Shown here piece by piece: positions 55,113-64,000 of a DNA stretch of 64,000 nt; position 1 is the stretch's first letter; each line of letters opens with the position of its first letter. The notes below the pieces were generated by a model, which saw only the letters and a list, made by a program, of their open reading frames with translations, searched no databases and was not told where the DNA came from. Made by a program: the position numbers and the translations under genes. The DNA lies in assembly GCA_038874135.1 (NCBI GenBank), contig JAVZCZ010000001.1, positions 192,001 through 256,000 on the forward strand, read 5' to 3'. The DNA comes from Candidatus Woesearchaeota archaeon. GTDB taxonomy: Archaea > Nanobdellota > Nanobdellia > Woesearchaeales > 0-14-0-80-44-23.

Positions 55113-57314
55113 ATGTCGGAAAAGATGGTTGAGAAGGTAATGAGGCTGATGAAGAATCCTTCGCACATAAGGAACATTTGCACTTCAGCCCATATTGATC
55201 ACGGAAAGACAACATTCTCAGATAATCTGCTCCTTGGAGCGGGAATGATTTCTGAAGAGCTGGCTGGGAAGCAGTGTGTCCTGGACTTTCACGAGGACGA
55301 AAAGGCAAGGGGAATTACCATTGATGCAGCAAATGCCAGCATGGTGCAGGAGTATGAGGGTGAGGAATACCTCATAAATCTTATAGACACACCAGGACAT
55401 GTTGACTTCGGAGGAGATGTTACCAGAGCTATGAGGGCTATTGACGGAACCATAGTGCTCTGCTGTGCTGTGGAGGGGATAATGCCGCAGACAGAAACGG
55501 TTATAAAGCAGGCTCTGAGGGAAAGGGTTAAACCAGTTCTGTTCATAAATAAGGTGGATCGCCTAATCAAGGAGCTCAAGCTTACTCCCGAGCAGATGCA
55601 GGAGCGCTTTATAAACATAATCAACAACTTCAACAGGCTCATAAGAAATATTGCTGAGAAGGAGTTTGCTGAAAAGTGGCAGGTGAATGTTAATGATGGA
55701 AGCGTCGCCTTTGGAAGCGCATTTCACAAGTGGGCTTTGTCTGTGCCTTATATGAAAAGCCACGGAATAACCTTCAAGGACATAATTGATGCATATAACT
55801 CGGGAGACCAGGAAAAGATTGACGAACTTGCAAAGAGGGCTCCGCTCCACAAGGTAGTGCTGGACATGTCAATAAAGCACCATCCTTCCCCGCTTGAAGC
55901 TCAGAAGTACAGGATTCCTAAGATATGGCACGGCGATTTGAACTCAAAGTTTGGACAGGACCTGCTCAGCTGCAATCCTAACGGGGAGCTAGCTTTTGTA
56001 GTTACAAAGATAGTTATTGACAAGCACGCTGGAGAGGTTGCTGCAGGAAGATTATTCTCAGGCACATTAAAGACGGGAGAGGAGGTTTATCTTAACGGGG
56101 CTAAAACAAGAGTGAGAGTGCAGCAGATTTCAATCTATAACGGGCCTAAGAGAGAGATAATTGAAGAGGCACTGCCAGGGAACATAATTGGAGTGGTTGG
56201 CTTAAAAGGAGTCTTTGCCGGCGAGACAGTTACAAGGGAACCTGTGGACCCGCCGTTTGAGGCTATAAAGCACATCTTTGAGCCGGTGGTAACAAAGGCA
56301 ATTGAGGCAAAGAAGCCTTCAGACCTTCCCAAGCTTGTAGAAGTTTTAAGGCAGGTTAACAAGGAAGATCCGGGAGTTAAGATTCAGATTAATGAGGAAA
56401 CTGGAGAGCATCTCATAAGTGGTATGGGAGAGCTCCACTTAGAAGTAATAGAGAATAGGATAAGAACTGAAAAGGGAGTGGATGTTGTTACGAGCAATCC
56501 AATTGTAGTTTACAGGGAAACCGTTACAAAAACATCGCCTGAAGTGGAAGGAAAATCTCCTAACAAGCACAACAAATTCTACTTTGTTGTTGAGCCTCTG
56601 GAAGATGTTTATTACAACGCCATAAGGGAGGATAAAATTCCTGAAGGCAGAGTAAAGAAGAATGATGACACTGTGTGGAGAAAACTGGAAGAGCTTGGCA
56701 TGGACACTAAGATTGCGAGAAAGGTTAAAGACATATACAATGGAAACATGCTGATAGACATGACAAGGGGAATTGTGCACATAGGTGAAGTCATAGAGCT
56801 GATAATGGACTCATTTGAGGATGTAATGTCAGCAGGTCCTCTTGCGAGAGAACCGTGTATGAAGATGAAAGTGATGCTTATGGACACTAAGCTTCACGAA
56901 GACGCTATTCATAGAGGACCCGCACAGGTTTATCCTGCTGTTAGAGACGGAATAAGAGGAGCAATACTCTTAGCCAGACCTATGTTGTTTGAGCCTGTTC
57001 AGACTATGCAGTTTGAGGCTCCTGAAGAGTACCTTGGAGACCTTTCAAAGCTTATAAGTAATAAGCGTGGACAGATGATAGATGTTCAGCAGGAAAACGG
57101 GCAGGTGATAATAAAAGCGAAACTTCCCGTTGCAGAGATGATTGGGCTAAGCAACGATTTGAGGTCCACAACTGGCGGAAGGGGAACCCAGTTTGTAGTT
57201 GATCAGGTCTTTGAGAAGGTTCCCGAAGAGCTTCAGCCAAAGATATTGGAGAGCATCAGGAAGAGAAAGGGTCTTAAGGTGGATGCAGAAACAGGAGTTG
57301 CAGTTCAGGCGTGA
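55113..57314 (+). CDS. fusA: Elongation factor EF-2
   Basis: AHIDHGKTT, RGITI, DTPGHVDF, diphthamide loop HEDAIHRGPAQ. Confidence 0.98.
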   Translation: MSEKMVEKVMRLMKNPSHIRNICTSAHIDHGKTTFSDNLLLGAGMISEELAGKQCVLDFHEDEKARGITIDAANASMVQEYEGEEYLINLIDTPGHVDFGGDVTRAMRAIDGTIVLCCAVEGIMPQTETVIKQALRERVKPVLFINKVDRLIKELKLTPEQMQERFINIINNFNRLIRNIAEKEFAEKWQVNVNDGSVAFGSAFHKWALSVPYMKSHGITFKDIIDAYNSGDQEKIDELAKRAPLHKVVLDMSIKHHPSPLEAQKYRIPKIWHGDLNSKFGQDLLSCNPNGELAFVVTKIVIDKHAGEVAAGRLFSGTLKTGEEVYLNGAKTRVRVQQISIYNGPKREIIEEALPGNIIGVVGLKGVFAGETVTREPVDPPFEAIKHIFEPVVTKAIEAKKPSDLPKLVEVLRQVNKEDPGVKIQINEETGEHLISGMGELHLEVIENRIRTEKGVDVVTSNPIVVYRETVTKTSPEVEGKSPNKHNKFYFVVEPLEDVYYNAIREDKIPEGRVKKNDDTVWRKLEELGMDTKIARKVKDIYNGNMLIDMTRGIVHIGEVIELIMDSFEDVMSAGPLAREPCMKMKVMLMDTKLHEDAIHRGPAQVYPAVRDGIRGAILLARPMLFEPVQTMQFEAPEEYLGDLSKLISNKRGQMIDVQQENGQVIIKAKLPVAEMIGLSNDLRSTTGGRGTQFVVDQVFEKVPEELQPKILESIRKRKGLKVDAETGVAVQA

Positions 57315-57417
57315 TATGCTTTTTTGTTTTGATTTTTAAAAATATTTTAAGGGAAAGTTTTATAAATAACAACAAAAAACCCGTATTAAAAAAATAGAAA
57401 AATGGAGGAAGTGCAAA

Positions 57418-58710
57418 ATGCCAAAGACAAAGGAGCACATTAACCTTGTGTTTATAGGACATGTGGATCACGGAAAGTCCACAACAGTAGGAAGACTGCT
57501 GTATGATTCGGGAAATATAGACGAGCAAACTATGAAGAAGCTCAAGGACAGAGCAAAAGAGCTTGGAAAGGTCGGATTTGAATTCGCCTTCGTAATGGAT
57601 AACCTTAAAGAGGAGCAGGAGAGGGGCGTTACAATAGACCTCTCGCACAAGAAGTTTGAAACTGACAAGTACTACTTTACAATAATTGACGCTCCAGGCC
57701 ATAGGGACTTTATTAAGAACATGATTACTGGAGCCTCTCAGGCAGATGCTGCTGTTCTTGTAGTTTCTGCAAATCCTGGAGATGGAGTTCAGGCTCAAAC
57801 TCAGGAGCATGTATTCCTGTCAAGAACCTTAGGAGTAGCACAGCTGATAGTAGCAATAAACAAGATGGACATGGCTAAGTATGACCAGAAGAGGTTTAAC
57901 GAGGTAAAGGACGAGGTTACAAAGCTGCTGAAGACAGTTGGTTATAATCCTGAAAAGGTACAGTTTGTAGCAATGGCGGCCTATCCTGGAGACAATGTTG
58001 TTAAGAAGAGCACAAACATGCCATGGTATACTGGACCTACTCTGCTTGAGGCAATTAACAACTTGGAAGTTCCGAAGAAGCCAACTGACCTTCCACTCAG
58101 GCTTCCAATCCAGGATGTGTATAACATCACTGGAATAGGTGTTGTTCCTGTAGGAAAGGTTGAGACTGGAATAATGAAGGTTGGAGACAAGGTCATAATA
58201 GTTCCTGCCAGAGAGGGTAAGGGCGTTACAGGAGAGGTTAAGAGCATAGAGATGCACCACGAGCAGCTGCAGCAGGCAGAGCCTGGAGACAATGTAGGCT
58301 TCAACATTAGGGGTATAGAAAAGAAGGACATTGCAAGAGGAGACGTTCTTGGACATGTCACCAATGTGCCTACAGTAGCAACTGAGTTTACAGCTCAGAT
58401 TGTTGTCTTAAACCATCCGAGCGTTATTACTGTAGGATATACTCCGGTGTTCCACGTGCACACTGCTCAGGTAGCATGCCAGGTTAAGGAGATTGTAAAG
58501 CAGATAAATCCCGCAACTGGCGAAGTGATAAAAGAGCATCCCGACTTCATAAAGAAGGGAGACGCAGCAGTTGTAGTTTTCAAGCCCATAACACCGATTG
58601 TCATAGAAAAGAACAAGGACATTCCGCAGCTCGCCAGGTTCGCAATTAGGGACTCTGGAATTACAGTCGCTGCAGGAATGTGTATTGATGTGGTGAAGAA
58701 GCAGATTTAA
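57418..58710 (+). CDS. tuf: Elongation factor EF-1 alpha
   Basis: [28 protein letters not shown]. Confidence 0.98.
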   Translation: MPKTKEHINLVFIGHVDHGKSTTVGRLLYDSGNIDEQTMKKLKDRAKELGKVGFEFAFVMDNLKEEQERGVTIDLSHKKFETDKYYFTIIDAPGHRDFIKNMITGASQADAAVLVVSANPGDGVQAQTQEHVFLSRTLGVAQLIVAINKMDMAKYDQKRFNEVKDEVTKLLKTVGYNPEKVQFVAMAAYPGDNVVKKSTNMPWYTGPTLLEAINNLEVPKKPTDLPLRLPIQDVYNITGIGVVPVGKVETGIMKVGDKVIIVPAREGKGVTGEVKSIEMHHEQLQQAEPGDNVGFNIRGIEKKDIARGDVLGHVTNVPTVATEFTAQIVVLNHPSVITVGYTPVFHVHTAQVACQVKEIVKQINPATGEVIKEHPDFIKKGDAAVVVFKPITPIVIEKNKDIPQLARFAIRDSGITVAAGMCIDVVKKQI

Positions 58711-58789
58711 ACTGCTTCTCCAATTTTTTCCTTTATGACAAAAGGGCCATGGCGAACAATGTTCATCATGGAATAGGAGAAGGATAGCG

Positions 58790-59101
58790 ATGCAAAGAGC
58801 AAGAATAAAACTTTCAAGCACGGACATAAACAAGATAAACCAGACCTGTGAGTATATTAAGGGAATTTTAGAGAAGACCGGAGTTGACATGAAGGGGCCT
58901 ATTCCCCTGCCTACTCAGAAGCTAAAAGTGACTACCAGAAAGGGTCCTTGCGGTAATGGGACTGCCACTTGGGAACGTTATGAGATGAGGATTCATAAGC
59001 GCTTGATTGACATTGGGGTTGATGAGAGAACTCTTAGGCTTATTATGAGGGTTCCAATCCCTGAGGGCTTGAATATTGAGATTGAGATTGTAGATGAGTG
59101 A
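58790..59101 (+). CDS. rps10: 30S ribosomal protein S10
   Basis: GPIPLPT, WERYEMRIHKRLIDI. Confidence 0.97.
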   Translation: MQRARIKLSSTDINKINQTCEYIKGILEKTGVDMKGPIPLPTQKLKVTTRKGPCGNGTATWERYEMRIHKRLIDIGVDERTLRLIMRVPIPEGLNIEIEIVDE

Positions 59102-59118
59102 AATCTAATTCTTTATTT

Positions 59119-59424
59119 TTAAGGTTTAAAGAGTATTGCTTCAAGACCGCTTAGCCACTTTCGGGCTTTCTCTTCTGAAGATTTGCAATTTGAAAGCTCA
59201 GCATAGCATCTGATTGCCTGCGCGAACTCTTGTCTTATTTTTTCCCGCTCTTCTCTCCTTAGAAATCTATTAGTAGCGTATTTGGTATTTTCTAGTATGT
59301 AGTCTGATATGAAGTTGTATATGTTTATTGTGCTTTTAATGTGGTTTAAAGCGTTAAGAATTGACTCATATGGTGTTAATCTCCCATTTTCAGAGTATTT
59401 TTGATACAGGTTTTGTTCGCCCAT
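59119..59424 (-). CDS. Hypothetical protein
   Basis: ORF with GGAGTG RBS, tandem with 59426-59749. Confidence 0.55.
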   Translation of the reverse strand: MGEQNLYQKYSENGRLTPYESILNALNHIKSTINIYNFISDYILENTKYATNRFLRREEREKIRQEFAQAIRCYAELSNCKSSEEKARKWLSGLEAILFKP

Positions 59425-59425
59425 T

Positions 59426-59749
59426 TTACTTATTTTTCACTCCATAAAAGCAGCTTATTAAGTGCTCTAATGCTAAGCACCACTGGTTCATCTTAAAAAT
59501 TGATTCGTAAGAGTAGTTGTTGTTAGAAACATAATCGCTAAGGACATCTAAAACTCGCTGCTTAACATAAGTGAGATAGGATTCTCTTATCTTTTTATGA
59601 GGATTATTGTCCATTATTAAATCAAAGAGGTAGCCTTCTATATCTGATTGTTTGGAAAGTGAATCTATCATTTTATATATTCTTATCTCGTTAAAAGGGT
59701 CGTTTTGAAGTTTGCCTTCAAGGTTGTCATTCAATTTTTCATCCCCCAT
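59426..59749 (-). CDS. Hypothetical protein
   Basis: AT-rich ORF with upstream TATA-like box. Confidence 0.55.
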   Translation of the reverse strand: MGDEKLNDNLEGKLQNDPFNEIRIYKMIDSLSKQSDIEGYLFDLIMDNNPHKKIRESYLTYVKQRVLDVLSDYVSNNNYSYESIFKMNQWCLALEHLISCFYGVKNK

Positions 59750-59839
59750 ACTTTTTTATGTTAAAGTGCTTTTAATATAAAAATCTTTCTATTAGTTGCC
59801 ATTATTAAATGACAACAAATTTTAATTTCATTGTGCGAA

Positions 59840-60682
59840 TTACTTTCTCGCCAGAACTCCTAGGACTTTCTCCTCACAAACAACATTTTTAAATCCTATC
59901 CTTCTGAACCTTTTTGCTACTGAGCCCATCAAGTCAACATTCCTGAATTTTGAGCCGGGCTTTCCAGTATAATGATAGATGTATCCTCCCTGTTTTAATT
60001 TTAAGTAGAGTTTCTTGTAAAAATCGTCAGAATAGAGTTCGCCAGCAATAAGAATTGAAGGCGGGTCGTGAATTATAAAATCAAAATAATCATCTCTGAA
60101 CGAGTTTATGCCTGAGATTATGCTCTCCTCATGTAGGATTATCTTTTTATTTGAAAAAAGCTCTCTGCTCCAAGGGTTTATCCTTTGAAGTTTTAGAACT
60201 GCCTTATCCTTTTCAAAAGTGTGCACCTCCTCAGCATTCTTGGAAGCTAGAATTGCAGTGTAGCCAAGACCTGTGCAAGTGTCCAAAACTTTTCCAAATA
60301 TGCTGCCTAGAGAGGAGATCTTGCTTTGTGAGTCCTCCCACGGGCTCATATCTTTTGTCCTGTGCATTCTTATCCCTGAAATCTCTATTGTTGGCGCTCC
60401 CCCTGTGGGGAAGAGTTTGTAGTAAAGGTTTGTCTCTTCTGAGAACACTGCAACCTTTTTGAACTCGCTTCCATCCAGAAAGAAACAGCTTTTTTCATCC
60501 TTAATTATCTTTTGAAGTTCTGAAACTTGGCAGGATTCTCCCGAGGGAAAATGCAGTTTTCCGCCCTCAATTCTGACTTTAGAGGTAGTAATGCCCAGAT
60601 CCAGAGAGGTTTCAACTTCTCCATCCCCAAACTTGGAAAGTGCGTAGATTGGCTGTGCCTCGTAATGTGAGAGTATTATCAT
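59840..60682 (-). CDS. Archaeal SAM-dependent methyltransferase (COG2521-like)
   Basis: PTIEISGIRMH, VLDTCTGLGYTA, INPWS, IIHDPP, GELYS. Confidence 0.9.
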   Translation of the reverse strand: MIILSHYEAQPIYALSKFGDGEVETSLDLGITTSKVRIEGGKLHFPSGESCQVSELQKIIKDEKSCFFLDGSEFKKVAVFSEETNLYYKLFPTGGAPTIEISGIRMHRTKDMSPWEDSQSKISSLGSIFGKVLDTCTGLGYTAILASKNAEEVHTFEKDKAVLKLQRINPWSRELFSNKKIILHEESIISGINSFRDDYFDFIIHDPPSILIAGELYSDDFYKKLYLKLKQGGYIYHYTGKPGSKFRNVDLMGSVAKRFRRIGFKNVVCEEKVLGVLARK

Positions 60683-60703
60683 TTTTCCTCTTTAAACAAT
60701 TAA

Positions 60704-60787
60704 CGCCGCGACCCGGATTTGAACCGGGAAGCCCTTTCGGGCACCAGCTCTCGAGGCTGGCGCACTACCAGGTTATGCGACCGCGGC
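60704..60787 (-). tRNA. tRNA-Ser(CGA)
   Basis: Near-identical to 45710-45793; anticodon loop CTCGAGA. Confidence 0.95.
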
Positions 60788-60866
60788 AACGGAAATAAAA
60801 AACTAAAAATCATTTATATAACTTTCTACCACAAGATTTATAAAAAATTTTAAAGTTTCTATCTGA

Positions 60867-61661
60867 ATCGCAAAGCACATTATCGAAGTAAAGGACCTAG
60901 TAAAACATTTTGGAAAAATAAAAGCAGTTGATGGAATAAGCTTTCATGTGAATAGGGGAGAAATATTCGCATTTCTGGGACCCAACGGGGCTGGAAAATC
61001 AACTACTATAAAAATGCTTACAACCCTGCTAAGGCCTGACAGGGGAACTGTTCTCATAGATGAGGTTGATGCAATCCGAGACCCCAATTCTGTTAGGAAG
61101 AAGTTCGGAATCGTTTTTCAGGATCCAAGCGTGGATGAAGAGCTTACTGCCTATGAGAACATGTATTTTCACGGGATGCTGTACAATGTGCCTTCTGAAA
61201 TTCTGAAGAGAAGGATTAAAGAGCTTTTAGAGATGGTAGAGCTCTGGGAGAGGAAGGACGACTTTGTAAAGAACTTTTCAGGAGGAACGAAGCGAAGGCT
61301 TGAAATTGCTCGCGGCTTGATACACCATCCTAAGGTGCTTTTCCTTGATGAGCCCACTATCGGATTGGACCCACAGACTAGAGCTCACATCTGGGAGTAC
61401 ATAAGACGGTTAAACAGGAAAGAGGGGCTTACTGTTTTTTTCACAACTCATTATATGGATGAGGCGGAACGGATTGCTGATTACATAATAGTTATAGACA
61501 ACGGGAGGATAGTTGGTGAAGGGAAGCTTACAGATATTCTGAAAAGGACAGGTGAGAAATCGCTGGAGGACGCTTTCATAAAGATGACTGGGCACGAAAT
61601 AAGGGAGGAAGATGCCTCTCCGTTGGAGAGGATGCGCCTTAGGAGGAGGATTAGAAGATGA
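60867..61661 (+). CDS. ABC exporter ATP-binding subunit (DrrA-like); apparent ATC start
   Basis: GPNGAGKST, FSGGTKRR, LFLDEPT, TTHYM; conserved IIEVKDLVKHFG..AVDGISF lies upstream of the GTG at 60948. Confidence 0.92.
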   Translation: MAKHIIEVKDLVKHFGKIKAVDGISFHVNRGEIFAFLGPNGAGKSTTIKMLTTLLRPDRGTVLIDEVDAIRDPNSVRKKFGIVFQDPSVDEELTAYENMYFHGMLYNVPSEILKRRIKELLEMVELWERKDDFVKNFSGGTKRRLEIARGLIHHPKVLFLDEPTIGLDPQTRAHIWEYIRRLNRKEGLTVFFTTHYMDEAERIADYIIVIDNGRIVGEGKLTDILKRTGEKSLEDAFIKMTGHEIREEDASPLERMRLRRRIRR

Positions 61662-62404
61662 AGGCAATGTATGTTCTCTGGCTCAGGCAGGTTAAGCGGT
61701 ATTTCAGGTCAAAGCCCAGGATAGTTGGCGCTATGATGCAGCCTCTTCTTTTTCTCCTCGCATTAGGATTCGGCTTCGGGCCCATCTATGCTAAGGCTGG
61801 GGGTGGTAACTATATACAGTTCATCGCTCCTGGGATTATTGCTATGAGCATACTTTTCACTTCAATATTTTCCGGCGTGGATATCATCTGGGATAGGCAG
61901 TTCGGATTCTTAAAAGAGACCCTTGTAGCTCCTGTTTCCAGGCTGGAGCTGATGCTTGGCAGAACCCTTGGAGGTGCCACTGTTGCTGTGATTCAAGGCA
62001 GCATAGTTTTTATCATCTCGCTTATTGTAGGATTTAGGCTTAGTAGCTGGAGCATGCTTCCAGTTGCACTCTTGTTTATGTTCTTAATAGCAGTTGCCTT
62101 TACAGGGCTCGGAACTGCAATAGGCTCATTGATGGAAGACATGCAAGGCTTCCAGCTGATAATGAACTTTTTGATAATGCCAATCTTCTTCTTGTCAGGA
62201 GCTCTATTTCCACTTACGGAGCTTCCCAGAGGAATATTTCTAGTTACAAGGTTTGATCCTCTCTCCTACGGAGTGGACGGTTTAAGGTTCGCTCTTACAG
62301 GGACAGCTGCTTTTTCTCTTCTTTACGACTTCTTAGTTATGGTTGGAGTAGGCGTATTATTTGTAGGGATGGGAAGCTACTTCTTTTCAAAAGTGCAGCT
62401 TTGA
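61658..62404 (+). CDS. ABC-2 type permease (DrrB-like)
   Basis: Six TM segments; DRQFGFLKETLVAPVSR, FFLSGALFP, PLSYGVDGLR. Confidence 0.93.
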   Translation: MKAMYVLWLRQVKRYFRSKPRIVGAMMQPLLFLLALGFGFGPIYAKAGGGNYIQFIAPGIIAMSILFTSIFSGVDIIWDRQFGFLKETLVAPVSRLELMLGRTLGGATVAVIQGSIVFIISLIVGFRLSSWSMLPVALLFMFLIAVAFTGLGTAIGSLMEDMQGFQLIMNFLIMPIFFLSGALFPLTELPRGIFLVTRFDPLSYGVDGLRFALTGTAAFSLLYDFLVMVGVGVLFVGMGSYFFSKVQL

Positions 62405-62492
62405 CCATTAAAAAAAATAGTAAAGTTTAAATACTCATTGGATTTATTTTGTATACTAACATAGGTTTTAGTAATAAACAAGAGGTGATTTA

Positions 62493-62924
62493 ATGAGAAA
62501 AGGACAAGCAGCTATGGAGTTCTTGATGACCTACGGATGGGCAATCCTGGTAGTGCTTGTGGCCATAGCAGCGTTGGCATACTTTGGAGTTTTAAGCCCG
62601 GGAAGATTCCTGCCTAGAACTTGCACAATAGGCCAGGGAGTGTCCTGCGAGGATTTCAAGATTACAGCAGATGGAAACGCCACTGTGATAATAAGGAATG
62701 GAATGGGCTCCGCAGTTACAGGGGTAACAGTTACAATAAGTGGAAACGCTTGCACGCCCACAGGAATCACGATTAATGATGGTGCAACGCAAGAGTTCAC
62801 ATGCAGTGTAACACCTGGAACTGCAGGATCTAAGTATAAGGGAGATATCGCCTTTACTTACACTCAAGAAGGGAGCTCCCTCAGCCATACTCTTAAGGGA
62901 ACAATTGCATCTCCTTATGAGTAA
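62493..62924 (+). CDS. Archaeal type IV pilin with class III signal peptide
   Basis: MRKG/QAAMEFLMTYGWAILVVLVAIAALAYFGV; Cys- and Thr-rich beta domain. Confidence 0.9.
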   Translation: MRKGQAAMEFLMTYGWAILVVLVAIAALAYFGVLSPGRFLPRTCTIGQGVSCEDFKITADGNATVIIRNGMGSAVTGVTVTISGNACTPTGITINDGATQEFTCSVTPGTAGSKYKGDIAFTYTQEGSSLSHTLKGTIASPYE

Positions 62925-63023
62925 AGAGAGAAAACTTATTTTTTAAGGATTTTTTAATTTTAATTTATTAATTTCTTAAAGATATTAAATTTATTAAAGA
63001 TTGTAATTTATTAAAGATTGGTC

Positions 63024-64000
63024 TCACATTATTGAACTGAAAAGTCCGCTGAGCACTACTGAAAGGAATAAGAAGAGTAGCAGCGAAGTTGCAATGTAAA
63101 TAAGAACTGTTTTAGCGCCGCCCCTAACATCACCTGTTCTTATTACTGAAACAATCATGGCTGAAAAAAATGAAGTCACGGCTAAACTTAGAATTGCAAA
63201 TATTCTAAACTGGCCTGGAGTTATTGAAATCTTAGAAAAAGCCATAGGCAGTGATACTGAAGCGCGCGATATCTCTGAGAAGTCAAGAGATGCTGAAAGC
63301 TTTGAAACCACGCTTACAAGCTGGTAGGACAACGCCATTAGAAGTGGAGCTGCAAATACGGTTGCAGCGCCTATGAAGATTACATATGTTGAAACATTTG
63401 CAGCCATCTCGCGCATCATGAGCTGATTGTCCCTTATGTTAGAAGCGATTCTTGAAAGGAGAGGAGCCATCTCTCCTCCAGCTTGTAATCCCTCAACTAT
63501 GAGGCTAACTGAACTTTGAAGCACATTGGAATCATACTTGCTAGCAAACCTCTGAAGCGAAACTTCTAAAGGAGTGCCAGCAGCTGTCTCTTTTGCTACT
63601 TCCTCAATCTCTCTGGATAGTATTCCAAACCTAGGCCTTATTGCAAACCAGAGGGCTTTGTCCAAGGTCATGCCGGCGTGCATGTTTGCGCTGGTCAGCT
63701 GCAGGAAGTCTGCGAGAACTGCCTCTATCTCAACCCTCCTACGATAAATCCTTATGTCTAAGTATATGAAAATTAAAAACATAATAATTAAGTATGCAAA
63801 TATGCCTGCTGTGACGAACATTGGAAGAACCAGGGGAAAAACTATGCTTGCAGGAATGCCGCTTCTCATGAGGTTGATTGAGTAGATGAGTATGAGAAAT
63901 AGTGATGTAATTATTGAGGTTATGATAACTCTCCTGCGAACCTCCTCTGCTTCAATCTCAAATCCAGCTTTTCTAAGGTAGTATTTCAAGATGTTTTTGG
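63024..64000 (-). CDS. Type II secretion/pilus platform protein (TadC/GspF-like), 5' end outside window
   Basis: IEAVLADFLQLTSANMHAGMTLDKAL, FGILSREI, GGEMAPLL; multiple TM segments. Confidence 0.88.
   Translation of the reverse strand, partial: KNILKYYLRKAGFEIEAEEVRRRVIITSIITSLFLILIYSINLMRSGIPASIVFPLVLPMFVTAGIFAYLIIMFLIFIYLDIRIYRRRVEIEAVLADFLQLTSANMHAGMTLDKALWFAIRPRFGILSREIEEVAKETAAGTPLEVSLQRFASKYDSNVLQSSVSLIVEGLQAGGEMAPLLSRIASNIRDNQLMMREMAANVSTYVIFIGAATVFAAPLLMALSYQLVSVVSKLSASLDFSEISRASVSLPMAFSKISITPGQFRIFAILSLAVTSFFSAMIVSVIRTGDVRGGAKTVLIYIATSLLLFLFLSVVLSGLFSSIM

Noticed and set aside
62988-63020. 16-bp direct repeat AATTTATTAAAGATTG twice
   Set aside because: Only two adjacent copies in an AT-rich convergent terminator region; no spacers, so not CRISPR.
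1-64000. CRISPR arrays, rRNA, SRP RNA and RNase P RNA
   Set aside because: No repeat-spacer pattern and no intergenic gap with suitable size and motifs were seen.

Overview
Archaeal chromosomal segment, most consistent with a DPANN (Woesearchaeota-like) genome; this assignment is inferred from gene content (DPANN-type pilin, tRNA-Ile(UAU), rearranged ribosomal clusters). It is mostly housekeeping: ribosomal proteins, EF-2/EF-1a, RNA polymerase subunits, TFE, thermosome, FtsY, GluRS, Cbf5 and 9 tRNAs (2 with introns). It also has a dNTP-supply set (class II RNR, cobalamin adenosyltransferase, kinase-dCMP deaminase fusion, ThyX, NDK), a Prx/Trx redox operon, a Ktr K+ uptake pair, an ABC exporter and pilus genes. 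The main accessory feature is an AT-rich ~4.1 kb island (25190-29270) bounded by IS6-like inverted repeats. It holds a decayed tyrosine recombinase lacking the IntI insertion, a BglI/SfiI-like restriction-modification module and a decayed DDE transposase. An attC-like site and a repeated cassette-leader motif suggest an integron-like cassette platform inside a transposon. Several ribosomal-protein genes have structured leaders that look like two-state autoregulatory switches (L1, L7Ae, possibly eL15 and S10). All calls come from reading the sequence by eye; no searches were run.
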